Assembly (NCBI GenBank): GCA_030018435.1
Contig: JASEEY010000001.1
Location: 83,641 to 147,640 of the forward strand
Reading direction: 5' to 3'
Source of the DNA: Methanocellales archaeon
GTDB taxonomy: Archaea; Halobacteriota; UBA148; JAUWXC01
DNA: 64,000 nucleotides
Program-made: the position numbers and the translations under genes
Notes under the pieces: generated by a model
Told to the model about the DNA's origin: nothing
What the model saw: only the letters and a program-made list of their open reading frames with translations
Databases searched by the model: none
Shown: one piece after another, positions 19,776 through 29,823 of the stretch
Layout: each line of letters opens with the position of its first letter
Numbering within the stretch: position 1 is the stretch's first letter

Positions 19776-21280
19776 GGATGAAGGAGAATATCACTCACTG
19801 GGCGGATGTCATCGCAGCAGGTGTGCTGGAAAGAGGAAAAAAGCACGTAGTTGCAACTGGCATCACGCCCTCTGGACACATACACATTGGAAACATGAGA
19901 GAGGTGGTCATAGCGGATGCGGTGCATAGAGCACTAAAGGATATGGGCGCGGATGCGCGTGTAATATACGTAGCAGATACCTATGATCCTCTTCGCAGGA
20001 TATATCCCTTCCTTCCAGACGAGTATGCATTACATGTTGGGAGGCCCATCTCAGAGATACCGGACCCAGAGGGGTGCTGTGCGAATTATGCAGAGCATTT
20101 TCTGCGTCCTTTCCTGGGTGCATTAGAAAGACTGGGCATTGCAACAGAAGTCTACAGAGCAGACCAAATGTATAAGAGGGGAGACTATGCTGACGTCATT
20201 AAAATAGCGCTGAAGAACAGGGATAAGATTGCGCAAATACTCGACGAGGTTACCGGAAAAACAACCTCCCCGACCTGGAGTCCCTTTAATCCATTGTGCA
20301 AAGGCTGCGGCAGAATAACGATGACCACAGTTACAGGATACAAGGAAAACGAGGTGTATTACAGATGTCAGTGCGGATACGTTGGCACTGCAGATATAAC
20401 CAAAGGAGAAGGGAAACTCACGTGGAGAGTGGATTGGCCTGCGAGGTGGAAGATGCTTGGCATCACTGTAGAGCCATTCGGCAAGGATCATGCCGTTGCA
20501 GGAGGGTCTTATGATACAGGTGTGCGCATTTCCAAGGAGGTTTACGATTACGAGCCCCCATATCCCATCCCATTTGAGCACATCTTCCTCAAAGGGAAGG
20601 GCAAGATGTCATCCTCCATGGGTGTTGCTATACCAATTCAAGACATGCTTGATGTGGTTCCTCCTGAGGTATTGCGCTACCTGGTTATCAGGACTAAACC
20701 TGAGAGGCACATCGATTTTGATCCTGGGCTGACACTCTTAAACCTCATAGATGAATACGACGGAATGGGGAAGGATGACAGGTCATATGAATTATCGCAA
20801 CTTCCAACCTCGGTGTCCACGAAGGTTCCATTCCGGCACATGGTCACAATCGTGCAAATCGCCAAGGAGTTCGATCAGGTCATAGAGGTGCTCAAACGCA
20901 GTGGATACGAAATTGATAACATAAATGCAATCAAGCAGAGGGTTCTTAACGCAAGAAACTGGCTAGACAAATTTGCCCCTCCCTCGGTCAAATTCAAGGT
21001 GCAGGAACGCCTTCCTTCTACAGTTAAGGGATTATCCTCTAAACAAAAAAAGGTGTTAGCCACTCTGGCGACGCAAATCGGGCGCAAATGGACTGCAGAA
21101 GCGCTGCATGAGGAGATTTACAGAATCGCCGGGGATGTCAGCATAGACCCAAAAGAGGCTTTCAGAGCCATTTATATTGCGCTGCTCGGCACATCCTCAG
21201 GACCGAGAGCGGGTTGGTTCCTGATATCGTTGGATCCTGCATTCGTCAAGGGGAGATTTGAGCGGGTTTCCCAAGTGTAA
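19772..21280 (+). CDS. lysS: Lysyl-tRNA synthetase, class I
   Basis: HWAD, PSG.IHIGN, WRVDWP, GKDH, KMSSS, GPR. Confidence 0.96.
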   Translation: MRMKENITHWADVIAAGVLERGKKHVVATGITPSGHIHIGNMREVVIADAVHRALKDMGADARVIYVADTYDPLRRIYPFLPDEYALHVGRPISEIPDPEGCCANYAEHFLRPFLGALERLGIATEVYRADQMYKRGDYADVIKIALKNRDKIAQILDEVTGKTTSPTWSPFNPLCKGCGRITMTTVTGYKENEVYYRCQCGYVGTADITKGEGKLTWRVDWPARWKMLGITVEPFGKDHAVAGGSYDTGVRISKEVYDYEPPYPIPFEHIFLKGKGKMSSSMGVAIPIQDMLDVVPPEVLRYLVIRTKPERHIDFDPGLTLLNLIDEYDGMGKDDRSYELSQLPTSVSTKVPFRHMVTIVQIAKEFDQVIEVLKRSGYEIDNINAIKQRVLNARNWLDKFAPPSVKFKVQERLPSTVKGLSSKQKKVLATLATQIGRKWTAEALHEEIYRIAGDVSIDPKEAFRAIYIALLGTSSGPRAGWFLISLDPAFVKGRFERVSQV

Positions 21281-21381
21281 ACTGTTGGCTGAGATACAAT
21301 AAAGCGAATAGCGCTACTCTGGAAAAGAATAGTTTTATAATCGTTGTAATATGATACAGGTGTGCAAGGGTGGTGTAGGAC

Positions 21382-21684
21382 CTGTATAATCCAGACGACA
21401 TAATTAAAGAAAGACTAAGAAAGTATCTGGAGAGGGATGAGACTGGGATACGAAAAGCAGTCCTCAAACTTTTCCTGCAAGACGAAGGCTACACCACAGA
21501 AAATATATACAATAGGCTGATGGAGCTGGGATTTGACGTGAGTTATAGGGGCATCTCTGCCATGGTGGGTTTGATGAACACCAGATTGGGCATCCTTTCA
21601 ATCGATGTAACTGGAGACCACAATATATATTCTCTAAAAGAAGGGTACAAGCAACTCGTCAAATCCATTTTGGAAAACTATTAG
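21382..21684 (+). CDS. DUF2551-like wHTH protein, probable CTG start (missing from ORF track)
   Basis: Frame reads (M)YNPDDIIKERLRKYLERDETGIRKAVLKLF...YRGISAMVGLMNTRLGIL...ENY*; in-frame TAG at 21376 bounds it. Confidence 0.75.
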   Translation: MYNPDDIIKERLRKYLERDETGIRKAVLKLFLQDEGYTTENIYNRLMELGFDVSYRGISAMVGLMNTRLGILSIDVTGDHNIYSLKEGYKQLVKSILENY

Positions 21685-21687
21685 GTT

Positions 21688-22644
21688 GTGTATGCGTTGA
21701 AGCAGATCATACACTCTATCTATGATGGATACGAACGCCTACTTGCCAAGGAGGTTATGGAAGGTCCTATTCCGTCGCATATCGCAATTATTCAGGATGG
21801 AAATAGGAGATATGCCGCAAAACTTGGTGAACCTCTACATCATGGTCATATATCTGGGGCTCACACTACTGAGAAGGTCTTGGAGTGGTGCATAGAGATT
21901 GGAGTTAGGCAACTGACCGTTTATACTTTTTCCACCGAAAATTTTCACAGGTCGTATACCGAGAAGGTACAACTCTACAAACTGTTTAAACAGAAATTTG
22001 AAGAAATGTGCACCGATGATAGAGTCCATAATCACAGGGCAAGGGTAAGAGCTGTGGGCAATGTAGAACTATTTCCATGGTGGGTGAGAAAGGCGATCAA
22101 AAAGGTTGAAGAGGTTACTAAGGATTATGATGAATTTTACCTTAACGTAGCGCTGGCGTATGGTGGGCGGCAGGAGATTGTGGACGTGGCAAGGGTAATA
22201 GCCAGAAAAGTTGCTGCTGGAGAATTGAAGGCTGAGAACATCGATGAGAAAACCATATCTGCCCACCTATACCAGGGCAATCCCATCAACGTAGATTTAA
22301 TCATACGCACGGGCGGAGAAAGACGCATGTCTAATTTCCTTCCCTGGCAGGCGAGCGGCAATGAATGCGCTGCCTATTTCTGCGCACCGTACTGGCCGGA
22401 GTTCAGGAAAATCGATTTCCTCAGGGCCATCAGGACATACCAGATGAGAGAACAGGAAAGGCGGCACAACACCGTGCTGAGGGTCGTCAAACTGTTAAGC
22501 GAATGCGGACGTGCTGAGGTTGGAGAGGTAATTGCCATTTCCAAGCGCATACTGAATACGACGAGAGACGATATAATGATGATTTTAAGGTCACTTCCCA
22601 AATCTTCTCTGCCGCCTCTGGAAGTCCCTGATCGCCCTCAATAA
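21688..22644 (+). CDS. uppS: cis-prenyltransferase, catalytic subunit
   Basis: HIAIIQDGNRR, FSTEN, YGGRQE, IIRTGG..RMSNFL.WQ. Confidence 0.92.
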   Translation: MYALKQIIHSIYDGYERLLAKEVMEGPIPSHIAIIQDGNRRYAAKLGEPLHHGHISGAHTTEKVLEWCIEIGVRQLTVYTFSTENFHRSYTEKVQLYKLFKQKFEEMCTDDRVHNHRARVRAVGNVELFPWWVRKAIKKVEEVTKDYDEFYLNVALAYGGRQEIVDVARVIARKVAAGELKAENIDEKTISAHLYQGNPINVDLIIRTGGERRMSNFLPWQASGNECAAYFCAPYWPEFRKIDFLRAIRTYQMREQERRHNTVLRVVKLLSECGRAEVGEVIAISKRILNTTRDDIMMILRSLPKSSLPPLEVPDRPQ

Positions 22645-23244
22645 GTCCACTTTTCTAAAACCAGACCAGTTAACGTCTGTGAAATAGAGCTCTGAGTAGA
22701 CGGATTGCCATATCAGGAAATCCGTTAGTCGAACTCCTCCGGTTTTGATGATCAGATCCGGCGCCGATTTAAATATTAAATGTGATTCTATCAGCGCTTC
22801 ATTGATGTCGTCGGGTGTCATCTCGCCGCTTTCAACCTCTTGCGCAATTTTCTTTATCGCTTGCGTAAGTTCATATCTCCCGCCATAGCCAATTGAGATT
22901 TCAAGCGATGCACCTGGTTTATCGTGCCTCATTCTCACTTTTTCATTCCCGGTATAAATCGTGATTTCGGCTGGTAGACCGTCCATCATCTTAATCAATC
23001 GTTCCCTCAATTTTGAGCAGAACTGCCTGCCAATTTCCCCAGCATCAATAACGCTGACGTGCATCGTGATCCGCATAATTCCCATCTCGGCACACCAGGA
23101 GGTGATTGCCCTGAGCTTTTTAATATCATCATCCGTTTGCAAATCGTCATCTGCGATAACAAGAAGTATGTGTTGTGGAAGCTCTTCTTTCTTAATCTGG
23201 CTGATAATTCTCCGTTCGTATGGGTCTAGAATAGCACCACTCAT
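22591..23244 (-). CDS. cis-prenyltransferase-like partner subunit
   Basis: YGGR.E, PDLIIKTGG.RL.DFL.WQ, C-terminal RRFGK; lacks DGN motif. Confidence 0.85.
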   Translation of the reverse strand: MSGAILDPYERRIISQIKKEELPQHILLVIADDDLQTDDDIKKLRAITSWCAEMGIMRITMHVSVIDAGEIGRQFCSKLRERLIKMMDGLPAEITIYTGNEKVRMRHDKPGASLEISIGYGGRYELTQAIKKIAQEVESGEMTPDDINEALIESHLIFKSAPDLIIKTGGVRLTDFLIWQSVYSELYFTDVNWSGFRKVDLLRAIRDFQRRQRRFGK

Positions 23245-23284
23245 CTTGACTAAATATAAGTAAGTAAAGAGATAAAGTGTTTTT

Positions 23285-24550
23285 GTGGGAGGATACTTGG
23301 AAAAAGAAAAACACGAGGGGTTGCTACTAGTCTTATTTGGTTGCATAGCCCTAATGCTGCCCTTTTTTAGGGAATATCAGTTAACGCTCATCGTTTTAGC
23401 CCTGACTGTTGGTGTACTCATCAAACGCAAACGTCCATCAAGATCATTACATCTCTGTTTTGCCGTTTTGACGTTGGCAATACTATCATGGGTGTTGCAC
23501 CTGCCAATGTATATCGTTGGCGCATCGATTGCCATCAGCGTTTTCGGCTCTTTCGCATCCAGCACCGTTGAACAGGCACATCACATAAAGACGATTCCGG
23601 GCAGCATCTTGTTTCTCATTTTCGGCATCATATCTGCATTTCTCGTTGGCAGTTGGACCGCCGCATTCTCAGATCCCGGAGAGACGTTCTACCAATTCAT
23701 GTTCTTCTTGGCAACAATAGGCGCAGTGACAGGAGCACTACTCAAATCCATTCAACATACAACTGACAATTTAACCATACCCTTTGGATCAGCGATGGCG
23801 ATGTGGTTATTTGCAGGATTTGAATACTGGGTTTCTCCCCCCCAGGTCATGCTTGCGCTTGCGCTCACACTCACGATCGGATATATATCATACATGGTAA
23901 ACACGGCAGATATCACAGGAGTACTAAGTGGAACGTTGCTCGGCGTCCTGATCATCATTTTCGGAAGCGTTAAATGGTTCACAATCCTTCTGGCATTTTT
24001 CGTGCTAGGAGGGGTGTTCACAAGATATAAGTACGGATATAAGGAGTCGTTGGGAATTGCGCAGGCAGAAGGCGGGGCGCGTGGGTATAAAAACGTGTTC
24101 GGCAACGGGCTGGTTGCCCTGATTTTGGCCGTCGCTGAGGGTGTGTGGGGCTGGCACGTGCTGTTAATCGCTTATCTGGGAGCTGTGGCCACTACTACAG
24201 GAGACACGCTTGCCAGTGAGATCGGCGAAACGTCAAAGACGCAACCAAGGATGATCACGTCCTTTGAGAGGGTCAAGCCTGGCACCAGCGGCGCCATATC
24301 GCCTCTTGGCGAGGTCTCCGCGCTGGTAGGCACAATCCTCATAGGAGCGCTCGCCGTATTGTTGGGGATGACGAAATTGCAGATGATCGTCATCGCCCCC
24401 ATTCTCGGGGGGTTCATAGGCGTTCACGTTGATAGCCTGCTTGGCGCAACCCTAGAAAACAAAGGATATCTGACGAATCACTCCGTCAATCTTCTTGCAA
24501 CGGCGTCTGGGGCGATTGTATCTATGGGTTTGTATTATGCGCTTGTTTGA
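23285..24550 (+). CDS. DUF92/TIGR00297 membrane protein
   Basis: RG..NV..NG, DTLASEIG, G.SGAIS..G, DSLLGA.LE; N-terminal DNL..P region. Confidence 0.85.
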   Translation: MGGYLEKEKHEGLLLVLFGCIALMLPFFREYQLTLIVLALTVGVLIKRKRPSRSLHLCFAVLTLAILSWVLHLPMYIVGASIAISVFGSFASSTVEQAHHIKTIPGSILFLIFGIISAFLVGSWTAAFSDPGETFYQFMFFLATIGAVTGALLKSIQHTTDNLTIPFGSAMAMWLFAGFEYWVSPPQVMLALALTLTIGYISYMVNTADITGVLSGTLLGVLIIIFGSVKWFTILLAFFVLGGVFTRYKYGYKESLGIAQAEGGARGYKNVFGNGLVALILAVAEGVWGWHVLLIAYLGAVATTTGDTLASEIGETSKTQPRMITSFERVKPGTSGAISPLGEVSALVGTILIGALAVLLGMTKLQMIVIAPILGGFIGVHVDSLLGATLENKGYLTNHSVNLLATASGAIVSMGLYYALV

Positions 24551-24568
24551 TTGTAGTTACCTTCATAG

Positions 24569-26320
24569 CTACTGATAATAATACTCTCCTTTCGCCTTCT
24601 GCTCCCTATCTAGGCGCGAATCGGGTTTGTTCACCCTGGGTCTCTTCGTATCCTCGTCTCTCCTGAATGTTATGTCTGCGCTTTTGAGAAACCTATTCAT
24701 GCCATCGCGCATATCGAACGGTCCTAAGGCTTCTCCTCTTTTCCCCGGCTCGCCCTCAAAAACCATCAACCTATCGCTGAGTAAATCGATCATGTAAATA
24801 TCATGGTCCACCACAAGGATGCTCACTTCATTGTTCTCGGCAAATCGCCGCATCATTCTCGTCGCCAGCGTTCTCTGCTCCACATCTAAATGAGCAGAAG
24901 GCTCATCTAATATATACAGATCTGCCTCCCTGCTCAGGCATGTAGCAATCGCAACCCTCTGCAGCTCACCACCGCTAAGTTCTGCAACACTTTGATCTAA
25001 TAGGCGCTCCAGTTGCAATGGCACGATTACCTCTGTATTGTAATGACTTGTGCCAAGCTCCTTTGTAGCAGAACGCAACAACGTTTCAACCGTTACATCT
25101 ACACCTCTGAGATACTGCGGCTTATAGGAGATTTTCACCTTGAGATCGATGCTACCAACATCCGGCATTATGACACCAGCCAATACCTTTGCAAACGTGC
25201 TTTTCCCGATTGCATTTGGGCCCACAATGCCCAAAACCTCACCTTTCAAAATCTCACCGCCTTTCGCATCGAGCACAAAACCGGGGTATTTTTTCGTGAA
25301 CGCATCAAATTTTACAAGAGGGGGAATGCCCTTCTGCACCCTGGGTGCATGTACCTCGAATTTTATCTCTCTTGGGCGAATCCTGATGTTCTCCTCTGGC
25401 AGAAAACCTCGGAGATATTCATTTATGCCTACTCTGATGCCTTTTGGATGGGTAATGACACCATACGCTCCTGGAGTGCCGTATGCGATGTGCACCGCAT
25501 CCGCCAGCAAATCCAGAATGGCGAGATCGTGCTCCACGATTACTATGGTGCGCTTCTCAGCAAGCTCTTGAATGAGCCTAGCTGCCTTAATGCGCTGGTG
25601 GATGTCCAGATAGGGCGTGATCTCGTCAAAGAAGTAGAAGTCAGCATCCCTCGCAGCGCATGCTACAATGGCAAGCCTCTGCAATTCTCCGCCACTTAAC
25701 TCACTGAGACGTCTGTCCAACACATGCTCTATATCAAGTCTGGTGAGCAATTCGTTCAGCATACCACGTTCATCGACGCCCTTAAGAAATTCGCTGACCT
25801 TGCTGCTCCTGCTCGCAAGCAAATCTATATCTTGCGGTTTTTGTACCGCCAGGAGTTTGTCCTTAGAGAGTTTTCGCATGTATTCCTGCAACTCTGAACC
25901 CCTGTAGCGCCCTATAATCTCATCCCAGGATGGGTTTTCTTCGCCAAGATTTGGTTTGAGCGCACCAGCCAGTATTCTGACGGCAGTACTTTTTCCAATG
26001 CCATTTGGACCCAGTATGCCAGTGACTTTTCCTTTTTGCGGAATTGGCAAGCCGTATAGCGCAAAGCCATTTGCGCCATATCTGTGCGTTTCCATTTCTC
26101 TAAGCTCTTCTGGCAATCCGATGATCGTTATCGCGCCGAATGGGCACTTCTTGATGCAAATGCCGCACCCAACACATAGTTCCTCGGATATGATGGGTTT
26201 TCCGTCATCCCCGATAATTACGGTCGCGTCTCCTGTCCTCACCCTGGGACAGAATCGCTGGCATTCATATGTGCATTTCTTAGGCTGGCACCTGTCCCGG
26301 TTCAAAACAGCAATTCTCAT
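24569..26320 (-). CDS. rli: Ribosome recycling ATPase ABCE1/RLI
   Basis: N-terminal 2x[4Fe-4S] cysteines and two NBDs with LSGGELQR. Confidence 0.96.
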   Translation of the reverse strand: MRIAVLNRDRCQPKKCTYECQRFCPRVRTGDATVIIGDDGKPIISEELCVGCGICIKKCPFGAITIIGLPEELREMETHRYGANGFALYGLPIPQKGKVTGILGPNGIGKSTAVRILAGALKPNLGEENPSWDEIIGRYRGSELQEYMRKLSKDKLLAVQKPQDIDLLASRSSKVSEFLKGVDERGMLNELLTRLDIEHVLDRRLSELSGGELQRLAIVACAARDADFYFFDEITPYLDIHQRIKAARLIQELAEKRTIVIVEHDLAILDLLADAVHIAYGTPGAYGVITHPKGIRVGINEYLRGFLPEENIRIRPREIKFEVHAPRVQKGIPPLVKFDAFTKKYPGFVLDAKGGEILKGEVLGIVGPNAIGKSTFAKVLAGVIMPDVGSIDLKVKISYKPQYLRGVDVTVETLLRSATKELGTSHYNTEVIVPLQLERLLDQSVAELSGGELQRVAIATCLSREADLYILDEPSAHLDVEQRTLATRMMRRFAENNEVSILVVDHDIYMIDLLSDRLMVFEGEPGKRGEALGPFDMRDGMNRFLKSADITFRRDEDTKRPRVNKPDSRLDREQKAKGEYYYQ

Positions 26321-26326
26321 AGTCGT

Positions 26327-26680
26327 TCACTTCAGATATTTGCAGGTAAGGAGAAAAGTCCAGCTTACAAACCAAAAAGCCAGGGTCATAAACCCAATAT
26401 AGAGCCAATCCTTCGCCCCCAGCTCTTCCGCGCGTACGCTAACCAGCGGAAATACGTATTTTTGTATGAATATGACGAAAACAAGTATTATCAGTCCAAA
26501 ACCGGCCCTGGGCTGCACTCCACCAATGCCATTGCCAGCGAGATAAAACGATATGAAACCTCCGATAATACCGAAGATTCCAGGTATGATCGTCTTCTTG
26601 ATGCCATCCACATATTCCTTTTTTCGCTCTTCCCCGCTCTTCTCTGGGATTCTCATACTTGGGTTCATGCTTGGCAACAT
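26327..26680 (-). CDS. Archaeal EMC6-like membrane protein
   Basis: 3 TMs, KDWLYI.F.T..FWF..WT pattern. Confidence 0.6.
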   Translation of the reverse strand: MLPSMNPSMRIPEKSGEERKKEYVDGIKKTIIPGIFGIIGGFISFYLAGNGIGGVQPRAGFGLIILVFVIFIQKYVFPLVSVRAEELGAKDWLYIGFMTLAFWFVSWTFLLTCKYLK

Positions 26681-26727
26681 ATATCACCAACACTTATGTT
26701 AATGTTTGCGCTATTTATACAGTGCAC

Positions 26728-28683
26728 ATGAAAGAGCAGATGACAAGCGTGGATGTGGCAGCCGTCGTGGCGGAATTGCAACGCCTCATCGACGCAAAGC
26801 TGAACAAGGCATATCAGCATGGAGATGAGATACGATTGAGGTTACACTCCAAGAGCGAACGCTATGACCTCGTCATAGAGGCGGGCAAGCGAATTCATCT
26901 GACAAAATACCCTCGCTCTGGTCCAAAGATCGCTTCTAGTTTCTCGATGCTGCTGAGAAAGCATCTGACGGGCGGACGAGTTGCGGCGATAGAGCAATAC
27001 GATTTTGATAGAATCGTCGAGATTCACATCCAACGCGGTGATGCAAAGAGGGTACTCGTAGCCGAATTGTTCTCAAAAGGAAACGTCGTGCTGCTGGATG
27101 AAAACAGGAAGATAATCCTGCCGCTAAAATCGATGAGTTTTCGCGATAGGAAAATCAAGCGGGGCGAGCAGTACGAGTATCCACCATCCCAGATGAATCC
27201 GATGGAGATCAATAAAGAAGAGCTGCGCACCTTATTCGATAAATCTGAAAAGGACGTCGTCAGGACGCTTGCCTCTGGACTGAATATGGGCGGAATATAT
27301 GCAGAGGAAGTATGCACCAGGACCGGTATTGAAAAGAGCGTTCCGGCGAAGAGCCTGGATCGCAAGCAGTTTGAATCGGTTTATACCACGTTGCATACGC
27401 TATTCGAGCCGATTAAATCTGGTGCACTGAAACCGCACATAGTCGTTGCGGAAGAAATGGTTGACGTGCTCCCGTTTGAGTTAAGGCCATACGAGACGTA
27501 TGAAAGAAGATATTTTGACACGTTTAACGACGCATTGGACGAATTTTTCTCGGTAAAGGAGATAAAGAAGGTAGAAGAGGAGGGGCGGGAGATCAAAGAG
27601 GTGCAACTGGACACCATAAAGCGGACGCTGAAACAGCAGGAAGAAGCACTACAACGTTTTAGACAGAAAGAGAGGGAGTGCATTCAGAAGGCCGAACGCC
27701 TTTATGCCCTGTACCAGCGCATCGACAAAGTTCTCCGCAACATTAAAGAAGCGAGAGAGAAGGACGTTTCATGGGACCAGATTGCCGCCATGAAAGGAGT
27801 CCTGAGCGTTGACCCCAGCAAAGGAGAAGTGGTGGTAGATGCTAATGGAATCCTAATCGCATTGGATGTTAATTTGAATATCTCGCAGAATGCTGAGAGG
27901 TATTATCAGCGCGCTAAGGAATATAAGAAGAAGTTGGAGGGAGCGCAAAAAGCGCTGGAGAAGAGCAAAAAGAGACTCGAAGAGGTTGAAGCCCTGAGAG
28001 TCGAGGTCGCATACGAAAAAGCGCCGCAGCGGAGGGTTAGGCAGAGAAAGCACTGGTATGACAAATTCAGATGGTTCTTTTCGTCCGATGGTCTTCTTGT
28101 GGTGGGCGGGCGAGATGCCGACACGAATGAGGAAATTGTCAAGAAATACATGACGTCTGGAGACGTATTTTTCCATGCAGACGTGCATGGTGCCCCCGTC
28201 CTAATCGTCAAAGCTGAAGGCAAAGACGTACCAGAAACTACACTTAAAGAGACAGCACAGTTCGCAATTTCATATTCAAGTATCTGGAAGGCCAGAGCTT
28301 ATGAAGGAAAATGCTACTGGGTTAGGCCGGAACAAGTTTCAAAGACCCCTCCGTCGGGGGAATATCTGCCAAAGGGGAGTTTTGTGATCAGGGGCAGGCG
28401 AAATTATATGGATGCTTTCGTAGGGATAACAATTGGTATAGAGATAAATGATGAGACCAGAGTCGTTAGCGGACCTCCCAGCGCAATCGAGAAAAGGGCA
28501 AAATATCTTGTGGAGATAGAACCGGGTGACAAAACGCAGAACGAGGTGGCAAAGGAGATGTTGAAGATGTTTCTTTTAAGGGCATCAGCAGAGGATAGGC
28601 GCTTGATCAAGCAGATCGCCTCGCCAGACAAAATTATGCCATTTCTGCCTCCAGGCAAGTCAAGGATGAAGGTGAGATCGTGA
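26728..28683 (+). CDS. rqcH: Ribosome quality control protein RqcH/NEMF (NFACT)
   Basis: F.MLLRK.L, Q..FDRI, WY.KFRWF.SSDG, GGRDA..NE, FHAD..GAP. Confidence 0.93.
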   Translation: MKEQMTSVDVAAVVAELQRLIDAKLNKAYQHGDEIRLRLHSKSERYDLVIEAGKRIHLTKYPRSGPKIASSFSMLLRKHLTGGRVAAIEQYDFDRIVEIHIQRGDAKRVLVAELFSKGNVVLLDENRKIILPLKSMSFRDRKIKRGEQYEYPPSQMNPMEINKEELRTLFDKSEKDVVRTLASGLNMGGIYAEEVCTRTGIEKSVPAKSLDRKQFESVYTTLHTLFEPIKSGALKPHIVVAEEMVDVLPFELRPYETYERRYFDTFNDALDEFFSVKEIKKVEEEGREIKEVQLDTIKRTLKQQEEALQRFRQKERECIQKAERLYALYQRIDKVLRNIKEAREKDVSWDQIAAMKGVLSVDPSKGEVVVDANGILIALDVNLNISQNAERYYQRAKEYKKKLEGAQKALEKSKKRLEEVEALRVEVAYEKAPQRRVRQRKHWYDKFRWFFSSDGLLVVGGRDADTNEEIVKKYMTSGDVFFHADVHGAPVLIVKAEGKDVPETTLKETAQFAISYSSIWKARAYEGKCYWVRPEQVSKTPPSGEYLPKGSFVIRGRRNYMDAFVGITIGIEINDETRVVSGPPSAIEKRAKYLVEIEPGDKTQNEVAKEMLKMFLLRASAEDRRLIKQIASPDKIMPFLPPGKSRMKVRS

Positions 28684-29720
28684 GGGTCGTAAAACAAAAA
28701 TTGAGGAGGCAAGAGGGCGAGATAACACTCGTTCCTGATTCGTTGGATGACCTGTGGCATCTCAAGTACATCATAGAACCTAATGATTTGGTGTTCGCGT
28801 TCACGAAGAGGCAGGCCGAGGTCCCGAAAGACAAACTTCGTCCTGAAAAGGTGGAGAAGAAGCCCGTGCGATTGGGCATAAGGGTTGAAGAGGCTACGTT
28901 TCACAGATTTTCCAACCGTTTAAGAGTGAAGGGTGTCATCGAGCACGGCATAGACATAGGAACGCATCATACGCTTAACGTAGCACCTAGCGTAGAGGTT
29001 TCAATCATCAAGCGCTGGAGAGGTGATCAGCTGCAAAGGATCAAAGAGGCCGTTCGAGCTTCTATGCACCCAAAGGTGGCAATCGTCACCATCGAGGAGG
29101 GTGAAGCCTGCATCGGTGTTGTTCGGCAATATGGCGTGGAGACGCTGGCTACTATCAGGGGAACTTCCCTAAAAAGGACAGGTGAAAAAAGCGAGTTCTT
29201 CAGCAGTATCGCTCGCCAGCTTGGGCACATGGAGGATGTGCGGTTCATCATTGCAGGCCCGGGCTTCATCAAGGAGGATTTTTTGGGATTTCTCAAGCAG
29301 CATCATTCTGAAATTGCAAAAAGAGCAGGGTTAGAGACCACCTCATCCATAGGCATGTCCGGTTTTCAGGAGGTGCTCCGCAGGGGCGCTGTGGATAGAA
29401 TAATAGAGGAGGCGCATATCGCTAAAGAGGCGAAACTGATGGAGATGTTACTTGTGGAAATTGCCAAAGATGGAAAAGCAACGTATGGCATGGATGATGT
29501 GAGAAAAGCAATGGAGTACGGTGCAATAGAGACGTTGTTAATTGCAGATGAGATGTTGAGGAGCGCAAAGGAACGTGACTATCTTGATACGTTTCTAAAG
29601 GATGTGGAGAAGGCTAGGGGCAAAATCGTGGTCTTCAGCACGGAATTTGAGCCTGGAAAAAAACTGCAATCGCTGGGAGGTATTGCAGCGCTGCTGCGCT
29701 TTTCAATCGAGTACGCGTAG
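28680..29720 (+). CDS. pelA: Pelota/Dom34
   Basis: DDLWHL, HHTL, AGPGF.K, LGGIAALLRF. Confidence 0.95.
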   Translation: MRVVKQKLRRQEGEITLVPDSLDDLWHLKYIIEPNDLVFAFTKRQAEVPKDKLRPEKVEKKPVRLGIRVEEATFHRFSNRLRVKGVIEHGIDIGTHHTLNVAPSVEVSIIKRWRGDQLQRIKEAVRASMHPKVAIVTIEEGEACIGVVRQYGVETLATIRGTSLKRTGEKSEFFSSIARQLGHMEDVRFIIAGPGFIKEDFLGFLKQHHSEIAKRAGLETTSSIGMSGFQEVLRRGAVDRIIEEAHIAKEAKLMEMLLVEIAKDGKATYGMDDVRKAMEYGAIETLLIADEMLRSAKERDYLDTFLKDVEKARGKIVVFSTEFEPGKKLQSLGGIAALLRFSIEYA

Positions 29721-29762
29721 CTTAAACTAACGTGTACGCGTAGCTTAAACTAACGTGTACGC
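29711..29762. repeat. 23-bp tandem repeat (gtacgcgtagcttaaactaacgt x2 plus partial)
   Basis: Units at 29711-29733 and 29734-29756; overlaps the pelota stop codon. Confidence 0.92.
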
Positions 29763-29823
29763 CGATGAATTTATGAAAACTTACATCATTATTCCCTAAC
29801 AGATAACATCGCGAGGGATGTGA

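Noticed and set aside
29711-29762. Mini-CRISPR
   Set aside because: Units are directly adjacent, with no spacers.
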